Below are positions 1-11,862 of a stretch of DNA of 64,000 bases, in pieces. Below the pieces are notes generated by a model, which was not told the DNA's origin, did no database searches, and was given only the letters and a program-made list of their open reading frames with translations. The stretch comes from Alloascoidea hylecoeti (taxonomy: Eukaryota), in NCBI GenBank assembly GCA_001600815.1, contig BCKZ01000012.1:1-64000 (forward strand), written 5' to 3'. The translations under genes and the position numbers were made by a program. The first letter of the stretch is position 1. The number at the start of each line of letters is the position of its first letter.

Positions 1-519
1 TTGACCAATGTATCCGGTTACAGACATTGTGTTGCCGTCGAATGTTTGATTCATCAATTCATGAAGTAGTTGACGAGCTGAAATGTCCGGTTTTACACCA
101 CTAATAATGTTGTCAAATGATACTTTTGCACCATATACTAAGTCTATGAAGTCATTTTGGATGGCTTTATCTGTTGTAGTCATTAGTATATTCATGACAG
201 TATCATGTTCTTGCAACTGAGTATCGTTAAGTACATCTTCAGTTGGAAGATCATCATATATTTTTGCGTCCAGGATGTATTCTGATAAGTTCAGTCTTCT
301 TAATGTTGATCTTATCAGGTATTCCCAAGTTTTGAATGATTGGGGGGAACAATCAATTGTTAATTTTGGTAGCATTGATAATTCTACCGAATTGATTGTC
401 GTCTTTTTGTTTCCGGTGACAGCGATCCTATTACCCTTACTTGTCTCTGGTACCGCGCCGCTACCATGTTGGGTTATGGGCTCATCAGTGGCGATGTCCT
501 TGAATTGTTTCGGAGGCAT
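1..519 (-). CDS. Ty1/copia Gag N-terminus (runs off window edge)
   Basis: Open frame from ATG 519 to base 1 (MPPKQFKDIATDEPITQHGSGA...SFKTWEYLIRSTLRRLNLSEYILD...). The F-x-x-W...L-x-x-x-x-L-x-x-Y-I pattern is typical of copia Gag. The ATG lies inside the LTR and the PBS inside the ORF, as in Ty1. Confidence 0.75.
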   Translation of the reverse strand, partial: MPPKQFKDIATDEPITQHGSGAVPETSKGNRIAVTGNKKTTINSVELSMLPKLTIDCSPQSFKTWEYLIRSTLRRLNLSEYILDAKIYDDLPTEDVLNDTQLQEHDTVMNILMTTTDKAIQNDFIDLVYGAKVSFDNIISGVKPDISARQLLHELMNQTFDGNTMSVTGYIGQ

Positions 520-1061
520 AGTTGGTAATAAATTTATATTATAAAGAACGTGTGTTTTTCTAAAACTAAATAATGTGGCAACTCGCTAATATATAAGGGA
601 AATGAAGATCTTCATAAATATCACCCCATATATATGAAACTATGTAATAACAAAAACTATTCTAATTTAATTATATAACTATATATCCAATACTATTGGC
701 CGTATATCTACTTGTTTCTTCAATTCTAATTATCTTATTTACAGTTATTAATACCTTTAGTTCGTGTATTAATTAATATAAGTTTATTAATAATATTGAT
801 GTTAAATTTTAGTATTGAAGTGGAGTCCAAATATCTATCGAACTATTTACATATATATTGTTGTGTCAATTTGCACTGACTTCATTGGTCAACATAATTT
901 TACTTTAAAAACTTTTAATTGTATAAGGTGAACGTTAACATAGTTCTTATCTGTTTATTTATTTATATATATATATATCTGCTCTATCAAAACAAGCAGA
1001 AATAGCTAACTATATATAGTAACTTCTAAATATCGATCCTTGCTTAATATAGAATCCAACA
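459..1061 (-). mobile_element. Ty1-like 5' LTR and tRNAi-Met primer-binding site
   Basis: Minus strand reads ...CCCAACA|TGGTAGCG (LTR end at 467, PBS 466-459, complementary to the tRNAi-Met 3' end). The outer LTR boundary is ambiguous: TGTTG starts at 894 or TGTTGG at 1061. Confidence 0.65.
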
Positions 1062-1578
1062 AAACTTAATACACAACACCTTATTTCCGACATCATATAT
1101 GCAGGACATTTTTATCATCATTATCTTCTTAAACTTCTTAACTACTTATTAAAACTTTCCCTCTCATATCACTTAAGCTCAACTAGTAGAATATACTTAG
1201 AAATAATAATCTACTACTTATAGTCATTACAGTTTTCAACCTTCATACCATTTATCACAAATGTTGTAGGAGCTGCTATAGTAGTTTTAAAAGTTATTAC
1301 TGGAGTTCTTCACTAGAGGACATACCAAACTATATGTTTAGCTAAACTTCCTTCAATTACGTAAGATATCTGTATCATATATTTCAATCTGTACACCAAA
1401 GGTGTGATTCATAAATGACCTTTATCATATATTATTAAATCAGTATCTACTAGATAGTTCAGTTCATCGTTTTTGGTTGAGTTATTGATTATAGAGTTTT
1501 CGACTACAGAGACATTTTTGTTAGTCTGTGTTTTCTTTTGTTAGTTGTTGTCCCCTTTCACCTTTTGTTTATAAACTT

Positions 1579-2051
1579 TTACGTCATAAATTCTAATAAT
1601 CTCACTCGTAATCTTCTCAAAATAACAGGAATTGGTTTATCTAAAACTATTAAACATTCAAGAGAGAGAGTTTCAATATCCCAAATTCTTTTTGTACCAT
1701 CGTATGAACCAGTTAAAATCCAGTTTTTGAAATATTTAACACTAGATACGTTGGCGGTTCCACAACTTAATTTATGCTGTATAAAATTATCATTTTTCCA
1801 ATTCAAATCCAAAAGGTATCGTTATTTAAATAATTCATACCAAGAGTCAGTTTTTGAATTATAACTATTTTATTCCCAAGATTCTTATTCTTGAAACTTT
1901 GATTTCCATATATCATCATCATCAGCTATATGTTTCCAAGTATTAGATACTCCTCTACAACTAACTAAAGCTTTTTTTTGTAAATTTCTGAAGATTAAAT
2001 CGTTTCATCAGGGAAATATTCGACAAAATCGATTCTGGTTTCAAAATTCAT
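1579..2051 (-). pseudogene. F-box/WD40 protein pseudogene fragment
   Basis: MNFETRIDFVEYFPDE /frameshift/ IFRNLQKKALVSCRGVSNTWKHIADDDDIWKSKFQE*ESWE*...WYELFK*RYLLDLNWKND...NWILTGSYDGTKRIWD: an F-box plus first WD repeat, with three stops and a frameshift. Confidence 0.75.
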
Positions 2052-2672
2052 ATGTAAGAAGACAAGTTTCTATTTAGCGATACGGAATACTTCTCTTTAT
2101 ATGCTTTGATCAAATAAAAAAAGCGCTCTTTAATCTCAGCATTGCTCCCTGTCTTGAAAATTTCTTCGAAACCTTAGGTCAATTCGATATCACATGCTCT
2201 ACTATGGCATTCAACAACTTAATATGCGAATAAAAATTATTATCAATAGTAGGCTCGAGACCAAATCTCAGGCGAAAATTCATAACAAAATGCTTTCCTC
2301 GACCTAATCCTGCTTCATCGTAATTCCCTGAACTTGGGGAATATTATCCTTTATATTTGTCAAGTAATAGGAGCATTACTCAATCTGTAAGATAATAAGC
2401 TTCCTGGAACACATCTCCATAATGAACATCAATATGTATGTGCAAAGTCACTCAGGTACAAACTAATCAAACTTGGGTGTACGGATGTATTTTGAATTCT
2501 TTTAAGGAACATCTCACTGGATTTTCGAACGCAGAAGGTTAGGTCCCCAATTATAATGGGTCTAGTAATAGGAGTATTTGGGACAAAAATTGAAATTTAA
2601 CCAGAATAAATACATATCCCATCAAACTTATTCTATCTCAGGATTACATCTCATTCAGTTTGAGTTAACATC

Positions 2673-3537
2673 ATGAAGTAGGTATTTAAATATCATTCCA
2701 CTAATCAAATTCTGTTTTACTAATGATTTTATTTTCAGCGCGGGTCTATTATATGAGTCTCTTTCTGATTCCGATAAGAATTTGCTCAAAGAATTGAATA
2801 TTTCTTACTATGCTAGAAGGGGTCTTGTTTTCAATAACAACCTAAAAGAATTTATATATCCTCTCCCACGTATATTGAAGCTCGACTTTAAAATGAATCT
2901 AAAAGATCCAAGATACAAAGAGCTCTGGAGTATCTTCAGGTCATTACACATCATTGATGAAGACTTGACACCATCAAGCTCCCACCAAATCCTCCTTACT
3001 GCCACAACAATGGAGAAGGTAGATGAGTTAGAAATTTATACATTACATCAATGTTCGTGTGGGAAGTTTTACAAAAACAATAAGTATTTTTATAGCCATA
3101 GAAATACGGAAGATGGTAACCACGAACGTGGTACTAAAGCGTATCTTGGCCATAAACCATTTGGGAATAAACGAGGTGCACGATTAATACCAATCGAGCC
3201 TCCACAAGAAGAAATGTCGGAACAAGATGCAATCTCCGAGCAGGAATCATTGTCCGAACAGGAATCATTGTCCGAACAGGAATCATTGTCCGAACAGGAA
3301 TCATTGGCCGAACAGGAAGCATTGTCCGAACAGGAAGCATTGGCCGAACAGGAAGCATTGGCCGAACAGGAAACATTGGCCGAACAAGAGGATTCATCCA
3401 ACAACAGAGCCCAACAAACATCTACTCCGGATATCAAAGAAGTGCTTATGATGTTAATTTCTGAGTTGAGAGCCGGTAGGGAAACTTCTATCCAACAACA
3501 CCAGGAGTTCATGGAAGAGTTACGCTCATTACACTAA
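2673..3537 (+). CDS. Zinc-finger protein (C2H2-like, possibly DUF3505-related) with acidic hexapeptide repeats; element copy 1
   Basis: ATGAA (2673-2677), then intron 2678-2738 (GTAGGT...TACTAAT...CAG), joins in frame to the 251-aa ORF. Motif HQCSCGKFYKNNKYFYSHRNTEDGNH. Confidence 0.55.
3214..3393 (+). repeat. 18-bp coding minisatellite, about 10 units (LSEQES/LAEQEA)
   Basis: The unit gtccgaacaggaatcatt and variants are tandemly repeated. Confidence 0.95.
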
Positions 3538-5398
3538 TTCATCCTCAGATATTTGGTGACAGTATTAGTATTTTATCAGCAGAAGATGACAGTGTTTGTA
3601 TGTAAGTATGTAATGTAGTAGTTGTTATGCAAGGTCCTTTTTTTAAAGCAGATCCATTATTTCCACAACTAATGAATGTATAAATCATTGTTGACAGTCT
3701 GAAAGACCCATCTTGAAAAATGAAACGGGGTTTTGAAAACAGACAGTTTGGCACAAAAAAGCCTAAGAAGTGATGGTTATCAGATGGCTCTCCTTGGTAT
3801 TGAAAATATTGGTTCCATCTCTCCTGTAATATATAAAAATGTGAACTCAACCTTACACATCCATTTTCCCCCCGCACTCGATTCTTATAAATTATTTGTG
3901 TAATATCTTCTAAATCTTTCTTATCTAATTATAAAAACAGCTCAGCCTATAAATGCAATATTATATATGAGCTTATATTATGGTTCTTTTGAGTGAAACT
4001 AGGATGGTTGTTATTACGGAGTTTAGTACCTTTGGAATAGAGAATCCAGCATATTGAGTTTTTGATCTACACAGGTGACATATCTGATCCACAAGCTACT
4101 ATAGAAGAGTCGTGATATTGGACAATCGAGAGAGTACTTTCTTTTTGGTTAGGTTATTAATTCTTGCGTTTTCAGAAAGGAGATTGTATCAAAAGGATTG
4201 TGTATAGACTCTTCTACCAAAGGAGAGTAAAAACTACAGTCTTCATTTTATAGAACTCGATTTCCTCTCGTGCAACGTTTCACAAGTATTGACCTCAAAG
4301 GTTTTATTTATTTCTAAAGCCACCACTAAATCACCACCAGTATTTGAAATGGCACGTACAAGAGAGATAATGAATGAAAATTATTATATAAGAACAGGCT
4401 CATACTCCCAGATAACAAAGATAAGAGAAAACACATAAAAGTATCTCATGTGAAAGTTGCGAACAAAATTCATAATCGACTCTTCATTATCACAGAAATT
4501 CAAAAGTTGATAAACAAAATACATCAATCACTAGATACTTGTACCAATAATTGTAAAATTATTGAAGTGTTGCCAGTATTATGGTTCCCAATTATAAAAA
4601 ACGATGATATGCAGTCAACGAATAATTCTTCACGATCAATGGAGTACCAATGTAAGAATCAAGAAAGATGGTTTATGTTAATCGGTACATTTCATTATTA
4701 TGTGTCAAGTCAATTCAAAGCTATCATTTTTCTACTAATCAAAAAAAGTCCCACTACTAACTAATTATCATATTCCTTCAGATGTTAAAGTACTAGAAAT
4801 GGCATACAAGTGGTAAATATCTACTCTTTTATTCTTAAAATTAAAAGTTTTTCCATAGTTTTTAAAGGGCGGCAATCATATTCTTTTTGCTTACTAATTT
4901 TGAAACACATCGTGAAAGTAGAATAAAATCCCAATAGCCACCAACTAAAGAAGTGAAAGTTACAAACTTCTTCATTTCTAACTCTACATATAAATAGTTA
5001 ACCCTGTAACAACAAAAGTTTTAATTGACACATACTCTTGTTACTTATCACCTAATAAAACTGTAGGTAATAGGTATCATTTTTATGAACTCCTTCCTTT
5101 CTCATACATGTCCACAGATCCCATACTAAGAGAAGCATAATCCTTAATTCCTTCTTGGAAAAACATATAGTTATCTAATTATCGTAAACCGTAAACCCTT
5201 TCTATCATCTCATAGGAAAATAGACCCTAAGTTTGCAAATAACTAACTCACTATTATCTATAATTTAGAGGCATCACACAGATATTCTTGATTATAAATA
5301 CAGCTATCTATCTCGGGTGATGGCAATTGAAAATATATCTATTATAAGATTTAGTTGTCATTAATGGTTATATGGTATCAAACCTTCTTTATGTTCCC

Positions 5399-6874
5399 TT
5401 ATGTTTTGCTTTTAGATGGTTTTTTATTTTTTTTAATCCCTTTGAGTTTTTCAACTAATTTATCTTCAAGTTCGGAATCCCTAATGATAGTGAATGAGGC
5501 TGATAGATATTTTGATAGCTTATTCAAGGAAGATAACTCATGATTAATTACACACTCAGCAGCTGCCTGTTTAAATTGGGGAGAGTTTGAATTGAAGCCA
5601 TTTAAAGGACCAGAAAGTTTTGCTATCTTTCCACTCAGGATAGGATTTTCTTCTTTATATTGTTGAGTTCTAAGATCTGCTGCTTTTTCAAGTAAAAATT
5701 TAGCTCCTTCTGTGAGTTTAGAAGATTCGATAGATTTCAGGACGATTTCATATATAACTAATAGATTTCTTGTGTGCTTCTTTGTAGCTTTAATTTCGAC
5801 TTTAGTGAGACATAAGATGGTTAAAAATTGGGCAAAAACAACAGCTTCATTTAAAATTGAACCATCAGAATAGATATCATAAAATTCCATCATGATCTCT
5901 TCATCAATGTTTTCAACTAAAAAATCTGTGCATTTATCACAGTACTCTTCGGTAGCTATTGGTGCAAATTGTGAGCAAGCAGCAGCAATAATATGCTCTG
6001 GGTTGATCTCCGCTAAATCATATTCCGATCCTGACCATTCGACATAACCATAGCGTCTAAGTAACTCGCTATTGGGATGATCACCATATGTGTTGTAAAT
6101 TTGCTCATTAGCTTTAATTTCTTTAGTAGATTTCATAACTAATCGATCAGGTGTATAAATAAGATTGGCATTACACAGGTTTGTGTCCGCATTTAATAAA
6201 TCCGCTAATGGCACCATGGATTTAAAGTATCCATCTCTTGAAACGTCTTTATTAGTTTCTCCTTCTGGTATTTCAATTTCATCCTCTTCGAGATCACTAT
6301 CAACTTCTACCATATCGGAATGCTCAACGTCAAAACTATAAGATAAAATGACACTAGCAATCCTGTGAAATTCTTCTGTGGTCGTATTTTCCGTTTTCAT
6401 GTTTTTAAGGTCTACAGATTTCATTTCATCAAACATTTCTTCCGCCTCTTTTTTTCCAATTCTTTCAAGAACGAATGAAGGTTGAAGCAGTTCCAATTCT
6501 TTTTCATCCCACCACATCAGCTGCATAAATGAATTTGGTAATAAATCAATATAAGGTTTCCATTTACTTTTATCACCTTTTGAATATTCGAACAGTAGTG
6601 TTAAAATCAGACCTTCCCAATGACCCATACTTCTTAAGTTATTATGGTTTAGCTGGTTTTGAGATATAGAACCAGTATCAATATTTAAGATTAAATCCCT
6701 TGGGATTGTGAATAGTTCCTCATCTTCAGATATATCTGATGTTGCAATTAGTCCACGTCCCTGGTCTTGTGAACGGAGGTCTGAAATTTTTACCTTAGAG
6801 GATATTGTACCACCATTAGCTTGAAACCACTTAATAAACTTTGAAGATTTTTCATTGAATAAATCAGATTTCAT
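5399..6874 (-). CDS. RKM4: SET-domain ribosomal lysine N-methyltransferase (SETD6-like)
   Basis: QGRGLIAT, MVPLADLLNAD and IYNTYGDHPNSELLRRYGYV motifs. Confidence 0.88.
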   Translation of the reverse strand: MKSDLFNEKSSKFIKWFQANGGTISSKVKISDLRSQDQGRGLIATSDISEDEELFTIPRDLILNIDTGSISQNQLNHNNLRSMGHWEGLILTLLFEYSKGDKSKWKPYIDLLPNSFMQLMWWDEKELELLQPSFVLERIGKKEAEEMFDEMKSVDLKNMKTENTTTEEFHRIASVILSYSFDVEHSDMVEVDSDLEEDEIEIPEGETNKDVSRDGYFKSMVPLADLLNADTNLCNANLIYTPDRLVMKSTKEIKANEQIYNTYGDHPNSELLRRYGYVEWSGSEYDLAEINPEHIIAAACSQFAPIATEEYCDKCTDFLVENIDEEIMMEFYDIYSDGSILNEAVVFAQFLTILCLTKVEIKATKKHTRNLLVIYEIVLKSIESSKLTEGAKFLLEKAADLRTQQYKEENPILSGKIAKLSGPLNGFNSNSPQFKQAAAECVINHELSSLNKLSKYLSASFTIIRDSELEDKLVEKLKGIKKNKKPSKSKT

Positions 6875-6939
6875 TTCGATTTATAATAATACCAAGAATT
6901 TTTTTTATTTAATTTCCATAATCCGTTGACATTACCCGG

Positions 6940-7560
6940 ATTGTCAAAATTGTTTATTAGAGAGATGTGTGATATAATCTACTCCTGTTCTCAGTTATAC
7001 TATAGATTAGTTTCTGTAGTCTTGTTGATAGCTTTGCTCTAGTTTTCCCCACACTTCCCACAGATTACCCATTATCAGGTTATGAGCCCTGTGAACGAGT
7101 CATAATAATCTACAACAAACCAATTTTTTAACAAATAAATTTTTTCAGCAACAGCCTCAACTTTTCAATATTCAACCCTAACTTCGTATTCTTGGTTATA
7201 ATTCAATATGTTCCACCATGCAATGCAGTATATTTGGGCCACATAATACACGAATATTCCGCGATTATGATAAATAAGTATCGATAATTTTAAGCACTAA
7301 GTATTCGTCTACTGGTAGGTAATATATTTAAAAAATTGATACAATCTCCATCAACAACGCCCAGGGCGTCGAAAATGCAACAATTAATAACCTAATCAAA
7401 AATAAAGAACTCTCAATTGTCTACTTACGACTCTTCTATAGTGACTTATTGGGGATCAAATATTAAGCTTGTCCAGATCAAAAAGAAGAACTTAATATGC
7501 TTAACTCTCCATTGAAAATGTACTAAACACCAATTCCAACCACATGTATAGCGTATACTA
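6940..7560 (+). mobile_element. Ty5-type retrotransposon relic (partial LTR, half-tRNA PBS, decayed internal region)
   Basis: ...ATTATCA (7077) is immediately followed by GGTTATGAGCCCTG (7078-7091), complementary to the tRNAi-Met anticodon arm, the Ty5-type PBS. Outer boundaries are approximate. Confidence 0.65.
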
Positions 7561-7689
7561 CATTTTCAAGAGGCGTTTTGTACTTTCGCTCGGTTTTCAG
7601 TCAAATAACCATACACTCGTATAAAGTATTGTCTTAGTAGACTGATTTCTCGAAAATCCATTGTGAGCCTGTTCTTTAAAATTGGATAT

Positions 7690-8568
7690 GAGAAAGATTG
7701 AAATGAGATGATAAATGCATTTATAAGAACGTCGAATGTGGTTGGAAAAAATGGATGTATAGAGTTTTCATTTTTATATATCAACAGAGAGATGGAACCA
7801 TTTTTTTCAATACCAAGGAAAGTTATCCGATAACCGTCATTTCCTAGGAACTTTTGTGCCATAAAACATGTTTTTTAAACATTTTTCGAGATAGATCTTG
7901 CAGACAGTACTAATCAGCAACGTTTTATACATTCCTTCGTTGAGGAAATGGATCTGCTTTAAAAAAAGGATCTCGCATACAAACTCTGTTATAATCTGTT
8001 GATAAAGTTCTATTGCAATTGTTATCTGAGGGTGAATTAGGGTGATGAGCGTAACTCTTCCATGAACTCCTGGTGTTGTTGGATAGAAGTTGCCTTACCG
8101 GCTCTCAACTCAGAAATCAACATCATAAGCACTTCTTTGATATCCGGGGTAGTTGGGCTCTGTTGTTAGATGAATCCTCTTGCTCGGCCAATGCTTCCTG
8201 TTCGGACATTGAATCGCGTTCGGGCATTGGTTCTTCTTCAAGCGATGCTTCATATTCGGACACTTTTTCCGACATTTCTTCATGTGGAGGCTCGATTGGT
8301 ATTAATCGTGCACCTTGTTTATTCCCAAATGGTCTATGGCCAAGATACGCTTTAGTACCACGTTCGTGGTTACCATCTTCCGTGTTTCTATGGCTATAAA
8401 AATACTTATTGTTTTTGTAAAACTTCACACACGAACATTGATGTATTGTATGAAATTATAACTCATTTATCTTCTGCATTGTAGTGGCAGTAAGGAGGAT
8501 ATGGTGGGAACTTGGCAGTGTCAAGCCTTCATCAATTAAGAGTAACGACCTGAAGATACTCCAGAGCC
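7690..8568 (-). pseudogene. Inverted, 5'-truncated second copy of the zinc-finger element
   Basis: Homologous to ~2921-3930 with a near-identical KFYKNNKYFYSHRNTEDGNHERGTKAYLGH. It has an in-frame TAA, a frameshift and only ~2 repeat units. Homology continues ~350 bp past the stop. Confidence 0.85.
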
Positions 8569-8849
8569 CTCCTCTTAATTAGATAATAACATATCGTATC
8601 AAAATATAAATTTAATATAGCTAAAAACTTTTCTGCGCGATCACTAATTATTTATCAGAAAATTTAATCAATTACCAAACTTGGCTGGAGGATATTGCTT
8701 AATATTTTGTGGAGGGTGAGTTTTAGATTGTGTCCTCCAATTGTAAACTTAAAGCTGTGTATATTACTTTCATATTCACCATCGTTTTCATACTTACTAT
8801 TGTTTTCTTACTTACTATTCTTTTAAAATTCACCATTGCATTTATATCT

Positions 8850-9900
8850 TTCATAGTATAAATAACTAGTATAGTGTTTACCACAATCCAAGCAAACAGA
8901 ATTCCTACACTTCAACCTGATACTTTTTCGCACCAAAGAGAATCATCCTATTGGTATGGACAGCTTGATATAAAGGAAACGTATAACCATATTTGCAAAC
9001 ACCAAGCCTTAAGTCAAATGGTGTGAAGGCAACAGCCGAATTCAACATTATCCAAGTAATAATACCAACCCCTACTAATGGTGTGAAGCCAACAGGAGCA
9101 CACATAGTTAGTCAATTCATCATCCAGTATACCACGAATCCACCCCTTCCATATTTATGAGTGAAGTCAACCTGAAACGCTAAAGAAATAATTGAATATG
9201 CCAGTGAAAAGAAGAAATATGAAACGATATTAATAAATATTTTATAAAGAATATATTCAAAAATGGGACCTTTCCTACCATTATCATATGAATTTGATGA
9301 AATAAAATTGGAGGAATCTGATAACAATCGTGAAGACAGGACCAGTTAAAACCATAAGTGTCACATCACCGTAAAAAGGAAGAACATCAACAGTAGTTAG
9401 ACTACCAGGATTTGATATTAGTTATGGCAGTTCCCTTAGAAGTCTTGCTCTGAATCCGTAAAATCTTCTGTAAAATTTGAGCTAAACTCCTTATTAATTG
9501 ACTCGACAAATACTACAACTTAAAGAATTAACTTGAGATAAGATAGTAGCATGTGTCATCTCTAATTGTGCTTGGGCATAGATATACCGTATCGCAACTC
9601 CGAAGTAAACGAGGAATTGAATGTTTCCCTAGCGGAGAGAATAGCCTAAGTAGCGTTACGATTTATAACAATTTCACCCTATGCCTCTTCCTCAATCATA
9701 ACGTGCCGAATCATTTGTAAACCATCTTCAGTATTGTTAACATTTTTAATTTGATAGTGAATATTGCTATCTCTGGTGAAATATTTTGTGGTTGCAACTA
9801 AATTAGGACCAACATTTGAATCTATACTCTTTATTCTCATACGAACGCATAGTTCTAATTTGCCTCAATTCTTAGGTTATTTTGAGGTAAATAACATTAT
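8850..9900 (-). pseudogene. SNG1: SNG1-like (DUF3533) membrane protein pseudogene
   Basis: Ordered fragments VGPNLV..EEEA*GEIVINRNAT*, SLAYSIISLAFQVDFTHKYGRGGFVVYWMMN*LTM and CKYGYTFPLYQAV, with several stops and frameshifts. Confidence 0.75.
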
Positions 9901-10197
9901 ACACAATTTCCTAAGCTTGAGTTATGGGTCTAGTTTTAAACACTTTTGTTGGTTTTAGTTCAATCATACATCTTATAATATCATGATCGGGATAAATTTT
10001 TGTTTCCATTTTTATATTTGCTATTAGAGAAGTACACATACTCTACTGGTAGATATCTTATAACTATACTAATATTTAATTTATTTATAAGTTTGACTAC
10101 AAAGTCACTAATCACTATTCGAAAACAATATAATTATATGGCTAATCAGCTGCGATATATCAGAATTTAACTGATGTTTATGTTAACATTAAACAAT

Positions 10198-11220
10198 CTA
10201 AAAAGAAAGTTTTAATCTCCTGCAACCACCACTAGCCTTGCAAACATCTTGATGAATAGACATTTGTCTTTGAGCATCCAAAGGATCCTTAACTTCTTCT
10301 GGTTCAGGCCATGACAAATATTTATTTGTATAGTTAGATTTGAAATCTTGAGGAACAATTTCTAATCTCTTTCCATAATTAGTAACTTTTCTCCAATCAC
10401 GGTGAACATTATAACAAGATTCAGAGAAATAAGCAAATGATCTCTCAAATATTCTTTTATTCAAAACTGATGACATGCGTGGCTTTATAGCAATATACTC
10501 ATCATAGGCTTCCTTTGGTTCCTGAATGATAAAGTCGGTAGCCCTCTTAATAGCCTTCATGAATCTTGGGGCAACAGTAGGATTTGCGGCTAAAAATTTA
10601 TCATTTGCAATGTACAAAATAGTACAAAAACAACAGCATCCTAATTCAGCAAGTTTATCAATTCTCAACATTTTAGCCTCGTTAATATCACGACCTTCAG
10701 ATCTCAAAAATTCTTCAAGTTCAACTTGTTGAACACATTCAATACCGATCCCACCATCGATCTTTCCTTCTATGATATATCTAGCAACATTCATACCACA
10801 TCTAACTGCAATATAATCATCCGGAGTCATTCCGTAATGTTTGGTTAATTCATCCAATTGAATTTTACCAAACTCTCCCACGTATCCAATTCTTTTACCT
10901 TTCAATGATTGAAAATCAGTAGTGATTCCAGATCCTTCCAAGTACAGAACTCCGGTAAACGGTTCGTCCAATAGTGAGCCAATAGAGGTTACTGGATAAC
11001 CACGGGCTTTAGCAGCTAGAGTATGAATCATTGCTTTTAATCCCATGTCAACCTTTCCAGATCCAATGAGTTCAGTAACATCTGAAGGATTTCCCGGTTC
11101 CAGAATTGCAATATCTAAATTATTCTCCTTAAAATAACCACGATGTTGAGCCAAGTAAATAGGAATATGATAAGGGGTAGCTTCCCAGTTAAGAGAGAAA
11201 GTGATTTTCTTAGTTGTCAT
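10198..11220 (-). CDS. THI5: HMP-P synthase (thiamine pyrimidine synthesis, NMT1/THI5 family)
   Basis: [29 protein letters not shown] and LGCCCFC signature motifs. Confidence 0.97.
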   Translation of the reverse strand: MTTKKITFSLNWEATPYHIPIYLAQHRGYFKENNLDIAILEPGNPSDVTELIGSGKVDMGLKAMIHTLAAKARGYPVTSIGSLLDEPFTGVLYLEGSGITTDFQSLKGKRIGYVGEFGKIQLDELTKHYGMTPDDYIAVRCGMNVARYIIEGKIDGGIGIECVQQVELEEFLRSEGRDINEAKMLRIDKLAELGCCCFCTILYIANDKFLAANPTVAPRFMKAIKRATDFIIQEPKEAYDEYIAIKPRMSSVLNKRIFERSFAYFSESCYNVHRDWRKVTNYGKRLEIVPQDFKSNYTNKYLSWPEPEEVKDPLDAQRQMSIHQDVCKASGGCRRLKLSF

Positions 11221-11451
11221 AGCTAATGAATAGAAGTTTTGAAGGGTTATGAAAGTTTAAATAATTATCAAATTGATGATACTAATTTAAAATCATATTT
11301 TGGAAGAGAAAAAGGGTCTATATATATATCAGTTTTTCATGATGATGAAAAGTCATAACTCTGAATCTAATTAATGATAATTATAATCTGATTTTTAATT
11401 AACCTTGAAAATAGTTACTATATTATTAGAAGAAAGCTAAGAAATTTCAAA

Positions 11452-11792
11452 CAAAAGATGGATATTTAGTTAATTCAAAGAAGATCTTGTCAATCGTCAT
11501 ATAATTATCGGGATTCATTCTATTTTATGGATTTATGACTACTTCAACGTAGTAATATTACCTTAAACGGGGAACCCAGGGCAATTAGAGGTCATTTAAG
11601 TCGTTCATCTTGTAGTTTGATTTTCAAAAGATGGATATTTAGTTAAAAATCAAAGAAAATCTTGCCAATCGTTATATAATTACTGGGATTCATTGTGTAT
11701 TATGANTACATCTTCGTAATAGTATGACCTTNAGCGGGAATTCCNTGTCAAATAGAAGTCATTTAAATCNAGTATCTTCTAGTTTAATTCTT
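11452..11792. repeat. Diverged tandem duplication (period 173 bp) in the THI5 upstream region
   Basis: caaaagatggatatttagtta at 11452 and 11625, with collinear similarity throughout. Confidence 0.85.
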
Positions 11793-11862
11793 GGNAGATA
11801 GCTATACGTAGTACTTAGACTTCTCCGACTCAGTAAAATTACTTAAGGTATAATTTATTATC

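Noticed and set aside
3214..3393. CRISPR-like array
   Set aside because: A spacer-less in-frame coding minisatellite in a eukaryote.
2921..8568. Flip/flop mating-type switch between inverted repeats
   Set aside because: The repeats are diverged and enclose RKM4, with no MAT genes.
11095..11105. Alternative CUG (Ser/Ala) genetic code
   Set aside because: CTG falls at conserved Leu positions in THI5 (AILEP), TUB2 (HLSTG) and COQ10 (SLY).
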